64,000 nucleotides of DNA from Polyangiaceae bacterium (GTDB lineage: Bacteria; Myxococcota_A; Polyangia; Polyangiales; Polyangiaceae), in contig JBILLK010000028.1 of the NCBI GenBank assembly GCA_044376115.1, positions 1 through 64,000 of the forward strand, given 5' to 3'. The number at the start of each line of letters is the position of its first letter. Positions within the stretch are counted from its first letter, which is position 1. Positions 58,347-64,000 of this stretch are shown here, in pieces. The notes under the pieces were generated by a model that saw only the letters and a list, made by a program, of their open reading frames with translations, had not been told where the DNA came from and made no database searches. A program made the position numbers and the translations under genes.

Positions 58347-59953
58347 TGGACTCCGCGTCTTGCTACTCGATCATCAAGCCCATCGCCTCCGGCGGGATGG
58401 GCACCGTCTATCTGGGCAAGCGCGAAGGGTTGGGCGGCTTTTCCCGCGTGGTTGCGCTCAAACGTGCGCACGCCGATCTCGCGCTCAAGCCGGCGGTGCA
58501 ACGTCGATTCACGCGCGAAGCCAACGCCGCTTCGCTGCTTCATCACGCCAACGTGGTGGCGGTGGTGGACGTGTTCAGCAAGGACGGCGACACCTGGTTG
58601 GTGCTCGATTGGGTGGACGGGGTCAACCTGGCCGAGCTGCTCACGCAACATGGTCAGCTGCCGATCGGTGTTGCCTTGCGCATCGTGCTCGACGCCTGCA
58701 ACGGTCTGTCCGCCGCGCATGAACTGCGCGTGGACGATGCGCCGCTCGGCCTGCAACATCGCGACGTTTCGCCCGGCAACATCTTGGTCGGAAGGGACGG
58801 TGTGGCGCGTCTCGCGGACTTCGGCCTTTCACGCACGCTCGATACGACGCTCACCAACACCGAAGATCGCTTCCTCGAGGGCAAGCTCGGTTACCTCGCG
58901 CCGGAGCTCTTTCAAGGCAAAGACTTCGACGTTCGCTGCGATCTCTTCGCGCTGGGGGTGGTGGCTTGGGAGGCAGCAGCGGGCATGCGGCTGTTCCGCG
59001 CCAAGAGCCTCACCAAGCTGATGGCAGAGCAACGTGCACCCACGAAGCTCTCGGCCATCTACCCGAAGCTCGCCTGGCTCGAGCCTGTGATTGAACGGGC
59101 GATCGCCTTTGACCCAGCAGCACGCGTCGCCAGCGTCCGCGAGTTCGCCAACCTACTACAAGCCGCAGCGCTGGCGCACGGTGCACTCAGCAGCGCTGAA
59201 GACGTTGCTCGCTTCATGTTGGGCACCAAGCTCGAGCCCTCCGAGCCTTCACAAACGCCGCTCAACCCCAGCCTTCGTGAGCTCACCCCAGCGACCGGAC
59301 CGCTACTCGAATCGATCAGCGTGGAGGTCGAGCGCGACCTAGCGGCTTCGCAAAGCCGCACCGAGGCAGACGCTCTGCTGACGAGCAGCGTGATGGCGCC
59401 CTCCGTGGCGAACCTAGCGCCAATCAACTCGCCGCCCGTGCTGATCGCCGAGCCGGTGGTTGCGACAGCCGCAGCGCCGAGCGAACCCGCACCAACGGTG
59501 GAAGAGGCGCCCACCCCGGCCGCCGTCGTTCCGCTGAGGCCCGCTGTGAGCGAGCCACTTTCGCTGTCGACCTCGGTGAGCGGCCATTTTGCGAAACCGC
59601 GACCAACCGCTTGGATCGCAGGCCTCGCGGCCGCGCTGGGCCTCTCGATTGGGCTGATCGCTTTGACACAAAGCGCAGAGCCTGGAGCGCCGTCCTCGAG
59701 AGCAGCGCCGTCGTTTGCGACCAACGCGCCGACACCTGTAAAACCGTCGGCAACACCCAGCGTCAGCTCTACACAGGCGAGCTCGGTGGCAGCGATCGTG
59801 ATCGGGCCGGACGAGGCGGAGAGCGCGCGCGTACGCGAGCGCGAGCTAAGGCCAAGCGCCGACAAGCCGGTCGAGCTTCGCGTAGTTCCGAGCGAGCCGG
59901 TCCCGGCCTCGAACTCCAAGTTGCCAACCAACCCCTACCGCAAGAAGAACTAG
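58346..59953 (+). CDS. Membrane Ser/Thr protein kinase
   Basis: IASGGMG, VALKR, HRDVSPGN, DFG, YLAPE; TM helix. Confidence 0.95.
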   Translation: MDSASCYSIIKPIASGGMGTVYLGKREGLGGFSRVVALKRAHADLALKPAVQRRFTREANAASLLHHANVVAVVDVFSKDGDTWLVLDWVDGVNLAELLTQHGQLPIGVALRIVLDACNGLSAAHELRVDDAPLGLQHRDVSPGNILVGRDGVARLADFGLSRTLDTTLTNTEDRFLEGKLGYLAPELFQGKDFDVRCDLFALGVVAWEAAAGMRLFRAKSLTKLMAEQRAPTKLSAIYPKLAWLEPVIERAIAFDPAARVASVREFANLLQAAALAHGALSSAEDVARFMLGTKLEPSEPSQTPLNPSLRELTPATGPLLESISVEVERDLAASQSRTEADALLTSSVMAPSVANLAPINSPPVLIAEPVVATAAAPSEPAPTVEEAPTPAAVVPLRPAVSEPLSLSTSVSGHFAKPRPTAWIAGLAAALGLSIGLIALTQSAEPGAPSSRAAPSFATNAPTPVKPSATPSVSSTQASSVAAIVIGPDEAESARVRERELRPSADKPVELRVVPSEPVPASNSKLPTNPYRKKN

Positions 59954-60840
59954 TGGCCAGCCGGGGAAGCCAGCTCATGGTCGCTCTCAGCTTGGTGATT
60001 GCGCTACGCGCCGAGGCGCAAAACGAATCTCGCGAGGAGCAAGCAGCGCGCCTTTACGACTCTGGGGTGGCCGCACATGACCGCGGTGATCTCGCCGCCG
60101 CAGCCCGTTATTTCGCCGAGGCCGACGAGTTGCTGCCCAACGATGTGACCTTGGAGACGGCGCTGCGTGAGGCCCTACGCGCCGATCAACCGGTGCTCGG
60201 CATGCGCCTTCACGCTCGCGCCGCACGCGCGCTTTCACCGGCACCGAGCCTGCGCGCCGCGATGTCCGAAGTGCTCGCAAACTTCGGCGAGCGAGTTGCG
60301 TGGCTGCGCGTTGATTGCGACGGCTGCGAAGCCCAACTCGGCGAGGAGACGCTCGAGCTGGCGAAAGAAACACCGGTGGAGCCGGGCTCACTAGCGGTGG
60401 TGCTGTTGAACGGCGATGCGCGCGAGCGCGTTGAGTTCAGCTTGCAGCCCGGGGAACACAAACGCATCCGTCCCACCGACAAGGCGGCGACTCCCTCGCC
60501 GCCGATGGAGGTGCCATCGGCTGGGCTTCACCCGGCCTGGCTCACCATCGGCATCGTTCCCACCGTGGTGTTCGGCGCTGCCGCGCTGGGCTCCTTCATT
60601 CAGGCTTCGTCGCTCGAAGGCCAACTCGCCGACAAGCGCGCGCTCAATCAGCTCGAGGGCGCCGAGGAGATCAAGCGCGACGGTGAGAGCGCCGAAGTGC
60701 GCATCTACGCCTTTACTGCGTTGACCGCCGTCAGCGCGATCGTCACTGGCGCGCTGGCGATCTGGGCGGTGGATTGGTCCGGTGGCTCCGCCCAGGTCGG
60801 CGTCTCGCTCAATGGCGCCACGGCGAAGATAGCATTCTAA
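59953..60840 (+). CDS. Exported TPR/PEGA-like protein
   Basis: Signal peptide, TPR-like N-terminus, small beta domain, hydrophobic tail; TAGTG coupling to kinase. Confidence 0.7.
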   Translation: MASRGSQLMVALSLVIALRAEAQNESREEQAARLYDSGVAAHDRGDLAAAARYFAEADELLPNDVTLETALREALRADQPVLGMRLHARAARALSPAPSLRAAMSEVLANFGERVAWLRVDCDGCEAQLGEETLELAKETPVEPGSLAVVLLNGDARERVEFSLQPGEHKRIRPTDKAATPSPPMEVPSAGLHPAWLTIGIVPTVVFGAAALGSFIQASSLEGQLADKRALNQLEGAEEIKRDGESAEVRIYAFTALTAVSAIVTGALAIWAVDWSGGSAQVGVSLNGATAKIAF

Positions 60841-60870
60841 ATTTAGTTAGGTATTGCGGTTCGCTAACCG

Positions 60871-62448
60871 TCATTCAAAAACCGATGCTTCGCCATCGAG
60901 CGTGAGCGTCGAGCAGCCAACGCCGTCGAAGCCAGCTGGCCCGCCATCGGCCGGCATGCCTGGTGGACCACCGGTTCCGGGCTGCAGGGAAACCGAGCCC
61001 TCCAAAAGAAGCGTCGAGGAAGGACTCAAAAGGATAGCGCTTGAAAGTCCACCCGGACCGCCACCGCCCGGACCACCAGCACCTCCGTTACCGCCATTAC
61101 CACCAACACATGCGACGGAGCTACCGCTCGGAGGGCCAGGGAGACCACCTTGCCCGCCGGCTCCGCCCGGTTGCCCGGGGCTTCCAGTGCCACCCGGACC
61201 GCCCACGCTGCTCGCGATCAAGCTTTGATTCAACAGGAGCTCGGAAACGCCCAAGAGCACAACGCCGAAGGAGCCTCCACCGCCATCTCCCGAATAGCCG
61301 CCGACTCCCGCACAACCGCCAGCACCTCCTCCACCGCCGCCTGGTCCTCGCATGCCCGCGGCACAGCCCTTTGCGCCGCCGCCACCACCGCCACCGCCAC
61401 CCGGTTGGCCGCCGGCGGCAACAGCATCAAGGCCACTTGGCACGAGATAGCCGCTGTCGCTCAAGGTACCCCACCGCGTTAGAACGGGCCCGCTGGGGCC
61501 AGCGACACCGGTACCACCGGTTTGGCCGTTGGTGCACGCTCCACTCGTTTGCCCCAACCCACCAACGCCACCGAGTAAGCCCGCGCCGACCTGCCCGTTG
61601 AAGCCGCTCGCTCCAGTGCCACCGTTTCCTCCGTCACCGCCGGCGGAGCTTCCGCACGGACTGGGACCTCCCACTCCCGGGGAAGTTTGCGAGCTGCACG
61701 AGTTCAACCCAGATCCACCAGCATTCCCTGGGACACCTGAACCGACCGGCGGGAGGCCGCTGGCGCCCATGCTTCCTGTTCCGGCGACCACCACCGAATC
61801 GAGCAAGGCGAGCGAGCCATCAAACACCTGGATACCCACTGAACTTGCCGAGGGCGAGATAGCGTCAGGGGCGTAAACGGCGACGCCTTGCAAGGTGACG
61901 TTACCTCTGACTGTCAACACCGGCAGATCTGGGACCCCAACAAAACTTGCCCGTGGCAGCGACGGATTGAAGACCCAGCTACCGCACTCGAGTTGGCCAA
62001 AGATCGAAACGTTGGGCGGCAACTGAATGGCTCCCGGTTCGAGCTTCAACCCGCCGCAGATGTAGATGTTCGTTTCACCGTTCTGCGCGAGATCGAGCGC
62101 CACGTCGAACGAGGTAGGCGAACCAATCGTTCCCGAGCCGTCGCGACCCGGAGCCACGAAAATTCCGCACTCGGCTCCGATCGCCACCTCGGAGGTTGGA
62201 ACGCAGCTAACGGGGATACCGCCTCCCTCCCCACCCATACCCGCGGTTCCACCCATACCCGCGGTTCCGCCCATGCCCGCGGTCCCGCCCATTCCGGCAG
62301 CCCCGGCAGCCCCACCATCGCCACCCACTCCACCGCTACCAGCTGAACCGGCCTGGCCCCCGGTAGACAAGAACCCCTCGGTATCAAAGACCAAGGAGCA
62401 GCCGCTGCCAGCAAAAAGCAGTGCCGTGAAAAAGCTGAGCGCTCTCAT
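60871..62448 (-). CDS. PGRS-like Gly-rich lipoprotein, paralog of 17518-19122
   Basis: GSGC lipobox-like site; GTAGMG repeats; ECGIFV...IYIC domain; GGGGAGGCAG. Confidence 0.8.
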   Translation of the reverse strand: MRALSFFTALLFAGSGCSLVFDTEGFLSTGGQAGSAGSGGVGGDGGAAGAAGMGGTAGMGGTAGMGGTAGMGGEGGGIPVSCVPTSEVAIGAECGIFVAPGRDGSGTIGSPTSFDVALDLAQNGETNIYICGGLKLEPGAIQLPPNVSIFGQLECGSWVFNPSLPRASFVGVPDLPVLTVRGNVTLQGVAVYAPDAISPSASSVGIQVFDGSLALLDSVVVAGTGSMGASGLPPVGSGVPGNAGGSGLNSCSSQTSPGVGGPSPCGSSAGGDGGNGGTGASGFNGQVGAGLLGGVGGLGQTSGACTNGQTGGTGVAGPSGPVLTRWGTLSDSGYLVPSGLDAVAAGGQPGGGGGGGGGAKGCAAGMRGPGGGGGGAGGCAGVGGYSGDGGGGSFGVVLLGVSELLLNQSLIASSVGGPGGTGSPGQPGGAGGQGGLPGPPSGSSVACVGGNGGNGGAGGPGGGGPGGLSSAILLSPSSTLLLEGSVSLQPGTGGPPGMPADGGPAGFDGVGCSTLTLDGEASVFE

Positions 62449-62504
62449 TGGCTGAGCCTAGAGCAATTGGCGGACAAGACAGCCGACGCCGAATCAGCAG
62501 CGCT

Positions 62505-64000
62505 TCAGATGAATTGACCGACGTCGACCATCGACTCGGCGCGCTTGGCCTCTTCACGTTGGCTGTCTTCGGGTAGCGGGAACCAGCGCAGCCCTTCGAA
62601 CTCGGTGGCGGGCTTGCTGCGGTCGTACTCGCGCGCACGATGCGACCCGCGCTCGAGAATCTGCCGGCCAGCCTCGAGGTGCCGTTCGAGCGACGCTTCC
62701 GGTTCACGCGAGTGAGAGGAGCGGTGCTCGAGCTTGCCCGCCCGATAGCTGATGTCGACCAAGCGCATCGGCGGCTCACGGTTGCCCTCGACGTGACGCC
62801 ACAACCCGGTGCGCGGCTCGAAGTTGTAGTCGGGCAAAAGCCGATGGCCGAACTGCGCGACGAGGTGCACGGCCTCGAGGATGAATTGAAAGGAGGCCTC
62901 GGAGATGAAGTAGTTGAAGTTCACCCGCACCCAGCCCGGCTTTACTCCCTCACAACCGCGCATGATCTGCTGCTCGAACTCTTTGGAGCGCGCCAGATCG
63001 ATCCCGAGCAAGCGGTGGCCGTAGGGGCCGGCGCAGGAGCAGCCGCTGCGAGCCTGAATACCGAAAAGATCGTTGAGCAGGGCCGCGACGAAGTTGTGAT
63101 GCAACATGCGGGTGCCGTGCCGCACCACGAAGGAGACGATCGAGAGCCGCCAAGAATCTCGGTTACCCAAGATCTGCAGGTTGGGGTTCTTCTCCCAGCT
63201 CTCGATCGCTCGCACGATGAAATCATGCTCGCGCTCGCGGATGACCTCGGTGCCGACGGCCTCCTTCAACTGAAACACCAGGCCCGCGCGGATCGACTCG
63301 ATGATGGCGGGCGTTCCGCCCTCTTCACGATGCTCGGGATCCTCGAGGTAGCGATGCTCCTTGGGGTTGACGTACGCCACGGTGCCGCCTCCCGGTTGAG
63401 CTGGCACCTGATTGCGAAAGAGCTTCCGTTTGGCGATCAGCACGCCTGGCGTACCGGGGCCGCCGATGAATTTGTGCGGCGATAGGAAGACCGCGTCCTT
63501 GTAGAGGAGATGGCCGTCGGGCTGATCATCCTTCATGTTCATCTCGATCTTCACGTACGGACCGGCGGCGGCGAAGTCCCAGAATGAGAGCGCGCCGTGT
63601 CGGTGCAACAGCGCCGAGACGGCACGCGTATTGGTGCCGATACCGGTCACATTGGAGGCCGCCGAGAAGCTACCGATCTTGAGCGGCCGCGAGGCGTAGC
63701 GCAGCAGCTCGGCCTCGAGCTCGGCTAGATCGATCTTGCCGTCAGGCGCTTCGTCGATCGTCACCACGTCGGCGATCGTCTCGCGCCAAGTGACCTCGTT
63801 GGAGTGATGTTCGTACGGACCGATGAACACCACCGGTCGCTCGTCCTCCGGGATGCGGTCCATAAGGTGGTAACGCCGTGAAAGCTCGGCCGGCAGCCGC
63901 AGGTTCATCACGTCGATCAGCTTGTTGATCGCTCCAGTGGCGCCCGAGCCGGCGAAGATCACTACGTCGCGATCGTCTGCGCCGACCGCTTCACGAATGA
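62505..64000 (-). CDS. Class V PLP-dependent enzyme (cysteine desulfurase-like), 5'-truncated by window edge
   Basis: EHHSN, SAASNVTG, SPHKFIGGPG, GTPAI, RSGCSCAGPY. Confidence 0.92.
   Translation of the reverse strand, partial: IREAVGADDRDVVIFAGSGATGAINKLIDVMNLRLPAELSRRYHLMDRIPEDERPVVFIGPYEHHSNEVTWRETIADVVTIDEAPDGKIDLAELEAELLRYASRPLKIGSFSAASNVTGIGTNTRAVSALLHRHGALSFWDFAAAGPYVKIEMNMKDDQPDGHLLYKDAVFLSPHKFIGGPGTPGVLIAKRKLFRNQVPAQPGGGTVAYVNPKEHRYLEDPEHREEGGTPAIIESIRAGLVFQLKEAVGTEVIREREHDFIVRAIESWEKNPNLQILGNRDSWRLSIVSFVVRHGTRMLHHNFVAALLNDLFGIQARSGCSCAGPYGHRLLGIDLARSKEFEQQIMRGCEGVKPGWVRVNFNYFISEASFQFILEAVHLVAQFGHRLLPDYNFEPRTGLWRHVEGNREPPMRLVDISYRAGKLEHRSSHSREPEASLERHLEAGRQILERGSHRAREYDRSKPATEFEGLRWFPLPEDSQREEAKRAESMVDVGQFI

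Noticed and set aside
62505..64000. Selenocysteine lyase linked to the Sec-GPx
   Set aside because: 8 kb away, opposite strand, and no sequence feature indicates selenium specificity.

Overview
GC-rich bacterial chromosome segment; the gene content (PGRS-like lipoproteins, Ser/Thr kinases, FHA-sigma54 activator, AgmX/PglI-type C-terminal domain, DUF2169) points to Myxococcota, probably Polyangiales (inference). Housekeeping genes: atpZ/atpI, atpB, atpE, rdgB, rph, recD2, guaB and two tRNA-Ser. Accessory genes: an orphan T6SS vgrG-PAAR-FHA/DUF4123-zincin effector-vgrG cluster with a convergent DUF2169 gene, an ECF sigma/anti-sigma module, an AAC(3)-family gene and many lipoproteins. Main findings: (1) two ORFs split in the ORF track (53712-54089, 54105-54506) appear to be one lipoprotein glutathione peroxidase with an in-frame UGA at the catalytic position and a SECIS-like hairpin, i.e. 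a probable exported selenoprotein. (2) A three-lipoprotein operon (27231-31770) behind a sigma54-type promoter encodes two large paralogous mono-heme CxxCH proteins and a Cys-rich partner of unknown function. (3) An ERG6/SMT-like sterol methyltransferase homolog follows a degenerate copy of the guaB 3' end. (4) The F0 ATP synthase genes are separated by a degenerate xanthine dehydrogenase pair. (5) Three 47-bp palindromic intergenic repeats occur at 19182-19405. No CRISPR array, integrase or transposase was seen. All family calls come from motif recognition by eye; no searches were run.
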